From positions 111,075 to 175,074 of the forward strand of contig JBAZJH010000002.1 in the NCBI GenBank assembly GCA_041651415.1: a DNA stretch of 64,000 bases, written 5' to 3'. The translations under genes were made by a program, and so were the position numbers. The notes under the pieces were generated by a model. The model ran no database searches. It was not told where the DNA came from and saw only the letters and a list, made by a program, of their open reading frames with translations. Origin of the DNA: Minisyncoccota bacterium (lineage in GTDB: Bacteria > Patescibacteriota > Minisyncoccia > UBA6257 > XYB1-36-10). Shown here piece after piece: positions 29,486-39,042 of the stretch (its first letter is position 1; the number at the start of each line of letters is the position of its first letter).

Positions 29486-29514
29486 TTGAAAGTTTCCAGC
29501 GGGCGTGCTATAAT
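29486..29514 (+). promoter_or_regulatory. rnj promoter
   Basis: TTGAAA-17-TATAAT with TGn. Confidence 0.65.
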
Positions 29515-29641
29515 GAAGCAAAGTTTATTAACTCCTTTATTATTAAAGATATAAGCGACTCACTTTAAACAAAGAGATTTCGGGCGGAAGTTTTGTTTTT
29601 AAACAAACAACCGCAGGCTTTGTTTATAACGGGTAAAAAAT

Positions 29642-31390
29642 ATGAGAAAAAAGATAGAGAGCGAAGAATTCGGAGAAAGAGGCGTTTTTGAGTATTCAAA
29701 AAGACAGAAAAAAGCATCAACCGGAAAGAACGAAGCGGTTCGTTTTGTGCCGCTCGGAGGGCTGGAAGAAGTGGGAAGAAATATGATGTTTTTTGAATAT
29801 CAGGACGAAATAGTGATAATTGACGCCGGATTGCAATTTCCAGAGGAAGAAACGCCGGGAATAGATTTCATTATTCCAAACGTTTCTTATTTAGAGGAAA
29901 ACAAAGAAAGGGTAAAAGCTTTAATAATCACGCACGCGCATTTAGACCATATCGGGGCGATTCCTTACATAATCCATAAGATAGGAAATCCGATAATTTA
30001 TGCCACTAATTTAAGCAAAGAGCTGATTGTTAAAAGACAGGAAGAATTTCCGGCAAAAGTAAAACTTAATTTTCAAATAGTAAAAGAAGGAGATTCTTTT
30101 AAGATATCGGATAATTTTGAAGCGAAATTTTTCGGAGTGCCGCACACGGTGCCGGATTCGGTAGCGGTGATTTTAAAAACGCCGGTGGGGAACATGTGCA
30201 ACTTGGGGGATTTCAGAGTAAATTATGACAAAAAAGGAAATCCGCTGGGACTGGATAATTTTGAGAGAGTGGCGAAAGAGAATATTCATTCGCTCTTTAT
30301 GGATAGCACAAACGCGGAGAGGCCGGGGAAAACGGTTTCGGATGAAGTTGTCGAACAAAATTTGGAAAAGATATTCAGAGAAGCAAAAGGAAGAATAATT
30401 GTCGGAACTTTCGCTTCACTGCTTGATAGGATATATAAAGTGATTCAGATAGCCGATAGATTAGGAAGAAAGGTGGCGGTTTCCGGAAGGTCAATGCAGG
30501 AAAACATAAGAATCGCGCAAGGGTTAGGGTATATAAAAACAAAAAAAGGGGTTCTGATAGGACTTGATGAAATTCATAAATACAGAGACGATAAGCTTTT
30601 AATCTTATCGACAGGAGCGCAGGGGGAGCCGAACGCCAGTTTGATGAAAATAATAAACGGCGAGCATCGGCAGATAAGGATAAAGCCGGGAGATATGGTG
30701 ATATTTTCTTCATCCATAATTCCGGGGAATGAGAGAAGCGTGCAAACTTTGAAAGATAATTTAGCGAGGCAGGGAGCGATAATCCATCATTCGATGCTGA
30801 TGGATTTGCATGCCAGCGGACACGGATTTCAAGAAGATATTAAAACGGTAGTAAGAATTTTGAAGCCGAAATATTTCTTTCCGATTCACGGATATTATTT
30901 TATGAGATATTCAAATATAAACAATGCGGTGGAAGCGGATATGAAAAAAGAAAACTGCATAATAATGGATAACGGGCAGGTGGCGGAAATACAGAAATCG
31001 AAAATAGGAATTTTGCCGGAAACCGTGCCGGCTTATTACGTGATGGTGGACGGATTGGGCGTGGGGGATGTGGGAGAGGTGGTGCTTCGCGACCGGAAAA
31101 TGCTGTCGCAGGAAGGAATGCTTGTAATCATAACCACGCTTGATAAACAGACGGGAAGAATTTTGAAAAATCCGGATATTATTTCAAGAGGATTTATTTA
31201 TCTAAAAGAAAACAAGGAGATTTTAGACGAAGTGAGAAAAAGGATAAGAGGAATGCTTGGGAGAATGCCGGTTGACCAGCCGGTTGATTCGGATTATTTC
31301 AGAGGAATGATACGCGACCAGATCGGACAATTCTTATTTACAAAAACGAAGAGGCGGCCGATGATATTGCCGGTCATAATAGAGGTGTAG
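29642..31390 (+). CDS. rnj: ribonuclease J
   Basis: PLGGLEEVGRN, THAHLDHIG, DSTNA, GAQGEP, HASGH, RRPMILPVIIEV. Confidence 0.96.
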   Translation: MRKKIESEEFGERGVFEYSKRQKKASTGKNEAVRFVPLGGLEEVGRNMMFFEYQDEIVIIDAGLQFPEEETPGIDFIIPNVSYLEENKERVKALIITHAHLDHIGAIPYIIHKIGNPIIYATNLSKELIVKRQEEFPAKVKLNFQIVKEGDSFKISDNFEAKFFGVPHTVPDSVAVILKTPVGNMCNLGDFRVNYDKKGNPLGLDNFERVAKENIHSLFMDSTNAERPGKTVSDEVVEQNLEKIFREAKGRIIVGTFASLLDRIYKVIQIADRLGRKVAVSGRSMQENIRIAQGLGYIKTKKGVLIGLDEIHKYRDDKLLILSTGAQGEPNASLMKIINGEHRQIRIKPGDMVIFSSSIIPGNERSVQTLKDNLARQGAIIHHSMLMDLHASGHGFQEDIKTVVRILKPKYFFPIHGYYFMRYSNINNAVEADMKKENCIIMDNGQVAEIQKSKIGILPETVPAYYVMVDGLGVGDVGEVVLRDRKMLSQEGMLVIITTLDKQTGRILKNPDIISRGFIYLKENKEILDEVRKRIRGMLGRMPVDQPVDSDYFRGMIRDQIGQFLFTKTKRRPMILPVIIEV

Positions 31391-31396
31391 AAAATT

Positions 31397-31434
31397 AGTT
31401 AAAAGTTTAAAGTTTATAAAGTTAAAAGGAAAAA
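31397..31434 (+). repeat. 38-bp direct repeat copy 2
   Basis: Identical to 29417..29454. Confidence 0.85.
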
Positions 31435-31649
31435 GCTAGTAGATAATAGGTTGAGTAGATAAAGTTTTATAGTGGGATGGAGAATGATAAAAAGATAGCT
31501 CCTCTGATTATATCGGAGGAACTTTTGGTTTAAGGAGTAAAAAAGATTTGACCTTTTTTATGTTTAGTTATATAATATGGGAAGAATTTTGAAGCTAAAT
31601 TAAAGAAGTCCGCTTACGCTAAAACTATGGCGAGAAAAAGGAGAAAGAA

Positions 31650-32138
31650 ATGAACAGAGAAAAAATACTTGAAGGAGCCAAAGAATTTTTTTTTGAGGGG
31701 ATGTTGGCGAGATATTTCGGTCACCGAGATGGAAAAAAAATAACAAAGATAGAATCATCCGATGGTTGTAATGATATTGTGTTTAGAGATGGAGATTTTA
31801 AAGTGGTTGACCGGTTTTACATAACTCCGGATTCCGATTTTTCAGCGGGGACAACGACGATTTTCTTTGAGAACAAGCCGGTGTGGTGGATGGCTTATGG
31901 GGGATGTTATCCTGCTGAAGCCATTGCTTTTTTAAAAATGGCTTTAAAGGAGAATTATGAGAGAGGTACTTTTTTAGGGGGGAGAGGGCCAAAGTTAGTG
32001 GAAGAAGAAAATTTTGTTTATCGGAATGAAGTCAGAATGTCAGATTTCAAAATTTTTAATGGGCGGGAAAGTATTGTGGATTTAGAAGCTGAAAAGGAAT
32101 TGGGTTTTCATGAATATTTTGGCATGGCTTTAATATAG
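31650..32138 (+). CDS. DUF5680-like hypothetical protein
   Basis: PVWWMAYGG, FLKMAL, GGRGP, FNGRESI pattern recalled for DUF5680; SD AGGAG. Confidence 0.55.
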   Translation: MNREKILEGAKEFFFEGMLARYFGHRDGKKITKIESSDGCNDIVFRDGDFKVVDRFYITPDSDFSAGTTTIFFENKPVWWMAYGGCYPAEAIAFLKMALKENYERGTFLGGRGPKLVEEENFVYRNEVRMSDFKIFNGRESIVDLEAEKELGFHEYFGMALI

Positions 32139-32188
32139 CCAAACCAAAAGCAAAGAACTCTAAAGCCTGGAAATTTTTCCGGGCTTTT

Positions 32189-32314
32189 TTATTAAATCTC
32201 CGCTTCAAACTTCGCGCGCTATCTTAAGGGGTTTGAAGCGGTAAAGATTTAATAAACCCACGCCTAGGGCGGGGTGAAACTTGAAGAAACCACGGCCGTA
32301 AGGCCGTGGAGTTT
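32189..32314 (-). repeat. family A repeat, copy 2
   Basis: Reverse-oriented; begins at the ileS stop codon. Confidence 0.85.
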
Positions 32315-35300
32315 TATTTTAGAGAAACAGAGATTTCGCCGAAGTTTTCAAAAGGGGAGGTTTTATTGATTCTTTGAGTATTAGCTTTTGAATAAAAGAT
32401 TTTTTTAAGGGAGCAGGCGGAACAGATTTCTTTTTCTTTGGCAGAAAAAATAGAGGAAAGATTTTCGGGAGCGGATTCAATATAAAGATTAACAAGCTCA
32501 CCAGGCTTTAAGTCGGCTTCACCGCGGAGAGATTGAATAAGGCGGATGAATTCACGAACGAGGCCTTCGGATTTCAATTCGGGAGTGATATTCAAATCAA
32601 GCCAAACTTCTTTTTTGTCAGGAAGATTATTTTCGAAAGATACTTTTTTAACGTTGACTTCGTCTTTTAGAATTTCGAGAAGATTGGCGGATATTTTTTC
32701 CGCTGATTTTATTTTCATTTCAGAAAGAGGCTGACGGACTTTGATGCCTAAAGCAGAGCGTTCGGCAAGGCCGAGGCTGGACCAATCTTTTACAAGAGTC
32801 ATTTCTTTTAAAAGCTTTTCGTTAAATTTTTCAGCTTTTGGCCAAGAAGAAAGATGAACGGAATTTTTGAAACCGGATTCTTTTTTAAGGGAATTAAGGG
32901 AGAGATAAAGATAGTCGGAAAAGAAAGGCGCAAAAGGAGCCATAATTTTACTTAGGGCGAGGAGAGAATTATAAAGGGCAAAAGAAGCGTCAAGGCGGTC
33001 CCGACCGAAACGTCGGGACAAATTGCCTGAAGCGATTTGAAACCTTGAGCGGGAACGGCGGATAAACCAGCGGGAGATATCGCTTAAAAGTTCTTCAATT
33101 TTTCTGCCAGCCGGAGGAATGTCATATTTTTCAATAAGTTCTTCCGTTTCTTTTATGGTTTTAGAGACGCGGGAAGTGAGCCATAAATCCAGAGGATTAG
33201 TGAATTTTTTTACTGACCCAGAAAGAGAGCCGTAAGTTTTCAAATAAAGAAGGCAATTTTTGACGATATTAAAAACATTAAGCGAGACTTTTTTTAGGTC
33301 GTCCTCGTTAAAATTTTTAGTTTCACCAGCGTCGTTTAAAGTGAAAAGATACCAGCGGACAGAATCGGCGCCGTATTTATCAAACATTTCCCAAGGGTCG
33401 ACGATATTGCCGCGGGACTTGGACATTTTTTTGCCGTTTTTGTCGTTGATCAAGCCAAGAGAAATGACGTTTTTATAAGGAGCGCCTTTTTCAAGAAGGG
33501 TGGAGATGGCAAGAAGAGTGTAGAACCAGCCGCGGGTTTGATCCATAGCTTCCGAAATATAGTCGGCAGGGAAAATTTTTTTCTTATCAATCAGGTCCTT
33601 ATTTTTGAAAGGATAACCAGAGGCGGCAAAAGGCATAGCGCCGGAATCAAACCAGACGTCGACAAGTTCCGGAATTCTTTTCATTTTTTCGCCGCAAGAA
33701 CAAGGAATTTTGATTTCATCGATAAAAGGGCGGTGCGGGTCAAGAAATCCGTCGTCGTTTAAAGGAATATTTTTAAAAGGCAGAGGTTTCCATTCGGCAT
33801 TTTTCAGAAAAAAATCTTTAACTTTAAGATTGTTTCCGCTTAAAGATTCCGCGAGAACGCGAAGAGGGTCTTCGTGCCCGACGATGAGAATATTTTTGCC
33901 GTCATATTTTTTGTCGATTTCTTTCAGAGCTTTCATTATTCTTTTTCTGACTTGATTCAGATTTTCTCCGTTTGCCGGGGACTGCTCGTATTTTTCTTTA
34001 AAAGAAGAAAAAAGCTTTTTGTAAGAAGAAGCGGATTTTTCATTTAATTCTCCAAAATCGGTTTCGCGAAGACGTCTGTCAAAAATTAAAGTTTTTATTT
34101 TCAGGGATTTTTTGATAATTTCGGCGGTTTCTTTGGCTCTTTTTAAGTCAGAAGAAAAAATAATATCGATATTCAACTTCTTTAATTTTTCGGCGGATTT
34201 TTCAACTTGAAGACGGCCTTTTTTAGTAAGAGAATTGGCTGTTTTTTCAGGCCAAGAGGAATTGAATTTGTTTTTATTAGAAAGAGCTTCGCCGTGGCGG
34301 ATGGCAAAAAAAGAGTTTTTTGAAGGAAGGGGAGAATCGGCGAGCTCTTTTAAAGAGCTGATTATTTTTTCTTGTCCGCATTTATGGCATTGCCAGATGG
34401 GAAGAGGTGTGCCCCAATATCTTTCTCTTGAGAGCGCCCAATCTTTGATGTCTTTCAGCCATTCGCCAAAACGGCCTTCTTTGATGTGAAAAGGAATCCA
34501 GTTGATTTTTTCGTTATTTTTTAAGAGAGCGTCTTTTAAAGAAGACATTTTAATAAACCAAGAGGAGCGGGCGAAATAAATGACCGGAGTGTCGCAGCGC
34601 CAGCAGAAAGGATAGTCGTGCTCGTAAAGATTTTCCGACAAAAAGAAATTATTTTTTTTCAAATAAGCAATTATTTTTTCTTCGGTTTCTTTTGATTTAA
34701 CGAAAAGGCCGGACAGTTCCGGAACAAAATCTTTAAAGTGACCGGACTCGTCGACGGTATGAACTTCGGGGAGACCGACTTCTTGGCCGAGGCGATAATC
34801 ATCTTCGCCATACATAACGGCGGTGTGGACGACGCCGGTGCCGTCAGTCGTTGTGACAAAATCGGCGGGATAAACCTGATAAGATTTTTCTGATTGCAAT
34901 TCTTTTATTTTGAAAAGAGGTTCGTATTTTAAGCCAACCAAGTCGGCGCCGGAAAATTCTCTAATTTTTTCTCCAGTAAAAATATTTTTATCAGAAAGAG
35001 GAGAAGCAATAAAGGCTTCTTCGCCATCAACAGACTTTAAAAGCGAATACTTTATTTTTTTTCCGACAGCTAAGGCGACGTTTCCGGGAAGAGTCCAAGG
35101 AGTGGTGGTCCAAGATAAAATAAAAGTTTTATTGCCGATTCTAAAGTCGCCGATTTTTTGGCCGGGAAGGAGCTTAAACTTCAAAAAAACAGAATTGTCT
35201 TTAACGATTTTATAACCTTGGGCAAGTTCGTGGCTGGAAAGACCGGTGCCGCAGCGAGGGCACCAGGGAATTATTTTGTGTCCTTGATAGAGAAGATTTT

Positions 35301-35823
35301 TTTTATAAATTTCCGAAAGAAGCCACCAAACGCTTTCAATATATTCTGGCTTGTAGGTGATATAAGGATTTTCAGTATCAAGCCAAAAACCCATTCTGCT
35401 TGTGAGATTTTCCCAGAGTTCTTTATATTGCCAAACGGAAGCGCGGCATTTTTCGTTGAATTTTTTTATGCTTTCCGTTTTATCTTTCGGAACCAGATTT
35501 TCAATCTCTTTTTTGCTTTTCAAACCGAGTTCTTTTTCAACCTGGAGTTCAACCGGAAGGCCGTGTGTGTCCCAGCCGGCTCGGCGGGGAACATTGAATC
35601 CGCGCATATTTTTGTAGCGGCAAATGATGTCTTTATAAGAACGGGCTAAGACATGATGAAGACCGGGTTTGCCATTTGCGGTCGGGGGACCTTCGTAAAA
35701 AACGAAGGTTTTGTTTTTGGCGTTTTGTTTAAGGGATTTTTCAAAGATTTTTTCTCTTTCCCATTTAGCGAGGATTTCTTTTTCAAGTTCGGGCAGGCTT
35801 TTATTTTTTTTTTCTTCCGACAT
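32314..35823 (-). CDS. ileS: isoleucyl-tRNA synthetase (type 2) with inserted histidine-phosphatase domain
   Basis: EGPPTANGKPGLHH, GWDTHGLPVE, WTTTPWTLP, WALSRERYWGTP, KMSKS; insert FAIRHG...RLRETDFG...VGH. Confidence 0.96.
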   Translation of the reverse strand: MSEEKKNKSLPELEKEILAKWEREKIFEKSLKQNAKNKTFVFYEGPPTANGKPGLHHVLARSYKDIICRYKNMRGFNVPRRAGWDTHGLPVELQVEKELGLKSKKEIENLVPKDKTESIKKFNEKCRASVWQYKELWENLTSRMGFWLDTENPYITYKPEYIESVWWLLSEIYKKNLLYQGHKIIPWCPRCGTGLSSHELAQGYKIVKDNSVFLKFKLLPGQKIGDFRIGNKTFILSWTTTPWTLPGNVALAVGKKIKYSLLKSVDGEEAFIASPLSDKNIFTGEKIREFSGADLVGLKYEPLFKIKELQSEKSYQVYPADFVTTTDGTGVVHTAVMYGEDDYRLGQEVGLPEVHTVDESGHFKDFVPELSGLFVKSKETEEKIIAYLKKNNFFLSENLYEHDYPFCWRCDTPVIYFARSSWFIKMSSLKDALLKNNEKINWIPFHIKEGRFGEWLKDIKDWALSRERYWGTPLPIWQCHKCGQEKIISSLKELADSPLPSKNSFFAIRHGEALSNKNKFNSSWPEKTANSLTKKGRLQVEKSAEKLKKLNIDIIFSSDLKRAKETAEIIKKSLKIKTLIFDRRLRETDFGELNEKSASSYKKLFSSFKEKYEQSPANGENLNQVRKRIMKALKEIDKKYDGKNILIVGHEDPLRVLAESLSGNNLKVKDFFLKNAEWKPLPFKNIPLNDDGFLDPHRPFIDEIKIPCSCGEKMKRIPELVDVWFDSGAMPFAASGYPFKNKDLIDKKKIFPADYISEAMDQTRGWFYTLLAISTLLEKGAPYKNVISLGLINDKNGKKMSKSRGNIVDPWEMFDKYGADSVRWYLFTLNDAGETKNFNEDDLKKVSLNVFNIVKNCLLYLKTYGSLSGSVKKFTNPLDLWLTSRVSKTIKETEELIEKYDIPPAGRKIEELLSDISRWFIRRSRSRFQIASGNLSRRFGRDRLDASFALYNSLLALSKIMAPFAPFFSDYLYLSLNSLKKESGFKNSVHLSSWPKAEKFNEKLLKEMTLVKDWSSLGLAERSALGIKVRQPLSEMKIKSAEKISANLLEILKDEVNVKKVSFENNLPDKKEVWLDLNITPELKSEGLVREFIRLIQSLRGEADLKPGELVNLYIESAPENLSSIFSAKEKEICSACSLKKIFYSKANTQRINKTSPFENFGEISVSLK

Positions 35824-35937
35824 GGTGGCTTTATTCTATTATAAACAAAGGGTTTTGTTAAGATTGACGAGTTTAAATAAAAAGAGTATAAAACAAGCAG
35901 AAGTTTGAGAATAAAAAATGAAAGGGAGAAAGAAAAA

Positions 35938-36117
35938 ATGTTTTCACAATCTAACTGGAAATGGAAGTGCAAAGAATGCGGGCACGAGTTTTATGGATTG
36001 ACGGAAAAAGAAGTACCAATAAAATATAATTGTCCAAAATGTGGGAGTAAAGAAGTAGAGAGTAAAGGGCCGATAGTTCACGACATGCCGTTAGAAAATC
36101 CTCATATAAAATACTGA
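35938..36117 (+). CDS. small zinc-ribbon protein (FmdB-like)
   Basis: WKCKECGHEF...CPKCGS; GGGAG upstream. Confidence 0.65.
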   Translation: MFSQSNWKWKCKECGHEFYGLTEKEVPIKYNCPKCGSKEVESKGPIVHDMPLENPHIKY

Positions 36118-36304
36118 AAGGAGAAAGAAGAAAGGTTTTATTCTTTATGTTTTTGTTGTTCTAGGATTTTTTTTCTTTGTATCTTTTGTTTTGGGTGTTG
36201 TTTTCAAAATTATCTTAATTATCTTATTTCATGAGAAATGGCCGGAAATTTTTATTTATGAATTTCCGATATTGATATTCGCGGTTTCGAGAGGGGCCGC
36301 TTTT

Positions 36305-36420
36305 TTATTAAATCTCTGCGAAATCCCCGCGCTAACGCGCGGGGATAAAGCGATAAAGATTTAATAAACCCCACCTTTGGCGAGGTGAAGCTTCACGGCT
36401 TTATGGCCGTGGAGCTTCAT
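36305..36420 (-). repeat. family A repeat, copy 3
   Basis: Reverse-oriented, shorter linker between hairpins 1 and 2. Confidence 0.8.
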
Positions 36421-36454
36421 TTGTGAAAACAGCCGATTTTGCTATATTTTAGGT

Positions 36455-36904
36455 ATGGCATTAGCAGAAAACAGAAAGGCGAGGTTTGATTATGAGATTT
36501 TAGACGAATTTGAAGCGGGAATAGAGCTTTTAGGAGGGGAAGTAAAATCAGCGAGAGAGGGAAGGATGAACTTGACCGGAGCGTACGCGATAATAAGGGG
36601 AGGGGAGATTTACCTTGTCGGAGCGGATATTCCTTTGTATCAGCCAAAAAACGCCTTAGAAGGTTATGACCCGCAAAGAACGAGACGGCTGCTTTTGCAT
36701 AAAAAAGAGATAGAAAGATTGGCGCAAAACGTGGAAGAGAGAGGGTTGACACTTGTGCCATTAAAAGTGTATGATAAATCCGGAAAAGTTAAGATTCTAC
36801 TTGGACTTTCCAGAAGAAAAAAGAAGCAGGATAAGAGAGAAAAGATAAAGAAAGAGGAAGTAAAGAAAGAAATGAAAAGAATATTGAAAAGAATTCGGGA
36901 ATAA
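36455..36904 (+). CDS. smpB: SsrA-binding protein
   Basis: ENRKARFDY, EAGIELLGGEVKS, RTRRLLLHKKEI, DKRE. Confidence 0.97.
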   Translation: MALAENRKARFDYEILDEFEAGIELLGGEVKSAREGRMNLTGAYAIIRGGEIYLVGADIPLYQPKNALEGYDPQRTRRLLLHKKEIERLAQNVEERGLTLVPLKVYDKSGKVKILLGLSRRKKKQDKREKIKKEEVKKEMKRILKRIRE

Positions 36905-36941
36905 ACCGAATATCCAGTTAAAAAGATTTAACCGGAAAAAT

Positions 36942-37319
36942 GGGGATGTAAGGAATCGACGATTTAAGGACGGTAGAAATGGCAGGCAGGATTGAAGATC
37001 CTCAAAATCTTCAAAAAAGAAAAGTGCCAACTTTAATAGGCAGCCAGCTTTTGCTTTTGCTTAAGCTTGGAAGCCGTCTTTTATAGGCGGCCGCTCACTC
37101 TTTCTTTTTGCCTGAAGAGGTAAGAGGAGCGAAAAAAAATTCAGGCTTTTCCGACTCTTTTCTCGGTTTTATGGGAAGGAGAAAAAATAAAAGCCGAACA
37201 AACAGAATTTTCTGACGCGCTTCAAGTTTTGTTTGTAAAAAAAAGAGCGCGCCTAAGCCATGTAGAAATTTTTATCAGTCGTAAATCGGACATGGGTTCA
37301 AATCCCATCATCTCCACCA
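36942..37319 (+). ncRNA. ssrA: tmRNA; tag peptide ANFNRQPAFAFA* at 37026..37064
   Basis: 5' GGGGATG, 3' GGTTCAAATCCCATCATCTCCACCA tRNA-Ala-like ends; follows smpB. Confidence 0.95.
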
Positions 37320-37366
37320 GGGAAAAGTTTAAATTTTATAAAGTTAGAAAATAAAAAAACAAAAAA

Positions 37367-37903
37367 TTGCAAAATAGAAATTTTAGAGGAGGATTCTTTC
37401 GAAGGGGGCCTTTAGCAAATGAAGAAATAAAAGCGGAAGAGCTAAGAGTTATTGGCGACCAAGGAGAAAATCTGGGCGTGATGAAAAAGGAGGAGGCGAT
37501 CAATTTGGCGAAGGAAAGGGGGCTAGACTTAGTTTTAGTGAGCGGAGAAACAAGCCCGCAGATTGCCAAAATCATAAGTTTTGACAAATATCGCTATCAA
37601 CTGGAAAAAAGCGAGAAGGAAAAAAGAAAAAAAATGAAAACTTCGGAGCTTCGGGGAATAAGGATAACACCACGGGCGGCCAAAAATGATTTAGAGGTAA
37701 AAATGAAGAAGGTAGTTGAATTTTTAGAAAAAGGTGATAAAGTAGAAATCCAGCTTTTTATGAGGGGGAGAGAAAAAGGAAATAAGGATTTTGCCCGAGG
37801 AAAGCTAGAAGAGTTCTTAAAAATGGTGCCGGTGGAGCATAAGATAACCGCTCCGATAAAGTTTGCCGGCAGAGGGTTTAATGTGCAAATTTCAAAGAAA
37901 TAA
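37367..37903 (+). CDS. infC: translation initiation factor IF-3 (non-ATG start)
   Basis: NEEI...LRVI, GLDLVLVS, KYRYQ, FLEKGDKV, GRE; precedes L35/L20. Confidence 0.95.
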   Translation: MQNRNFRGGFFRRGPLANEEIKAEELRVIGDQGENLGVMKKEEAINLAKERGLDLVLVSGETSPQIAKIISFDKYRYQLEKSEKEKRKKMKTSELRGIRITPRAAKNDLEVKMKKVVEFLEKGDKVEIQLFMRGREKGNKDFARGKLEEFLKMVPVEHKITAPIKFAGRGFNVQISKK

Positions 37904-37907
37904 CAAA

Positions 37908-38084
37908 ATGAAAAAAACATTCAAAAGCAGAGTAAAAACAACAAAGACAGGGAAAGTTTTAAGAAGAATGATGGGAGCATCTCATTTTCGGTCGAAAAAG
38001 TCTTCAAAATATAAGCAGTCAAGAAGAAAAACGGTAGGCCTGGGATATTTGATGAAGGCGATACAAAAAAGAGTAAAAAGATAA
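37908..38084 (+). CDS. rpmI: 50S ribosomal protein L35
   Basis: KSRVKTTKTGKVLRR...SHFRSKKS; between infC and rplT. Confidence 0.88.
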   Translation: MKKTFKSRVKTTKTGKVLRRMMGASHFRSKKSSKYKQSRRKTVGLGYLMKAIQKRVKR

Positions 38085-38093
38085 AATAAAAAT

Positions 38094-38438
38094 ATGCCAA
38101 GAGTAAAAAGAGGAACAACAGCCAATAAAAAAAGAAAGAGCGTATTAAAGCTCACGAAAGGTTTTAAATGGGACAGAAAGTCAAAAGAAAGAGCGGCGAA
38201 AGAAGCGTTATTGCACGCTTTGTCGAGGTCTTTCAGAGGACGAAAAGAAAAGAAAGGAGATTTTAGGAGATTGTGGCAGGTGAAAGTGAGCGCGGCGGCA
38301 AGAGAAAATGGAATGAGCTACAGTGTTTTCATAAAAAAACTGAAAAACGCCAATATAGTTTTGAACAGAAAGATGCTGGCGGAATTAGCGGAAAAGCATC
38401 CGGAGGCGTTTAAAAAAATTATAGAGGAAGTGAAATAA
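38094..38438 (+). CDS. rplT: 50S ribosomal protein L20
   Basis: MPRVKRG, FRRLW, SYSVFI, LNRKMLAELA. Confidence 0.97.
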   Translation: MPRVKRGTTANKKRKSVLKLTKGFKWDRKSKERAAKEALLHALSRSFRGRKEKKGDFRRLWQVKVSAAARENGMSYSVFIKKLKNANIVLNRKMLAELAEKHPEAFKKIIEEVK

Positions 38439-38445
38439 AAAAAAG

Positions 38446-38467
38446 AACTGCCCGGAAGGGCAGTTTT
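38446..38467 (+). terminator. terminator hairpin after rplT
   Basis: AACTGCCC-GGAA-GGGCAGTT followed by Ts. Confidence 0.75.
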
Positions 38468-38517
38468 GGTTTAATTAAATAATTTTCAACTAATCTGCTA
38501 TCTGCAGAATTGAAAAA

Positions 38518-39042
38518 TTATAGTTTTTGGTCGGGGGGAAGACGGAAGAACGGATTTTTGCGAATAAAAGGTTTTTTTAAAGGATTCTTTTTCGGAAAGA
38601 TTTTAGGACGATTAAAATTACTGACAAGCCGGCCGGCTTTTTTGAGAATTTCAAAAGTGTTTTTGTGCTTACCTAAAACGGTTTTAGCTTCGGATAATCT
38701 AAACCAACCGAATCCCTCTTCGCGGGGGTCGATTTTAACTTCTTTTTGCTTGGTTTCGGCGAGATAAAAAGTGACGATTTTGAAGACTTTGTCTTTGCTT
38801 TCGCGGTCGTTAAAGGTGAATCTTTCAGAAACGCGGAAATTTCTAATGAGATGAAGATTGATTGATTTAATGCCGGTTTCTTCTTCCACTTCGCGAAAAG
38901 CGGTTTCAATGCTTCTTTCATTTTCCTCCATTTTTCCTTTAGGAAAATTCCAATAGTTGTTTCCATGATAAAGGAGAAGAAATTTTATTCCTTCTTCAGA
39001 ACGTCTGAAGATTATAATGCCGGAAGAAATTTGAGTTTTCAT
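38518..39042 (-). CDS. NUDIX hydrolase (Ap4A hydrolase-like)
   Basis: WNFPKGKME...TAFREVEEETG Nudix box. Confidence 0.9.
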   Translation of the reverse strand: MKTQISSGIIIFRRSEEGIKFLLLYHGNNYWNFPKGKMEENERSIETAFREVEEETGIKSINLHLIRNFRVSERFTFNDRESKDKVFKIVTFYLAETKQKEVKIDPREEGFGWFRLSEAKTVLGKHKNTFEILKKAGRLVSNFNRPKIFPKKNPLKKPFIRKNPFFRLPPDQKL

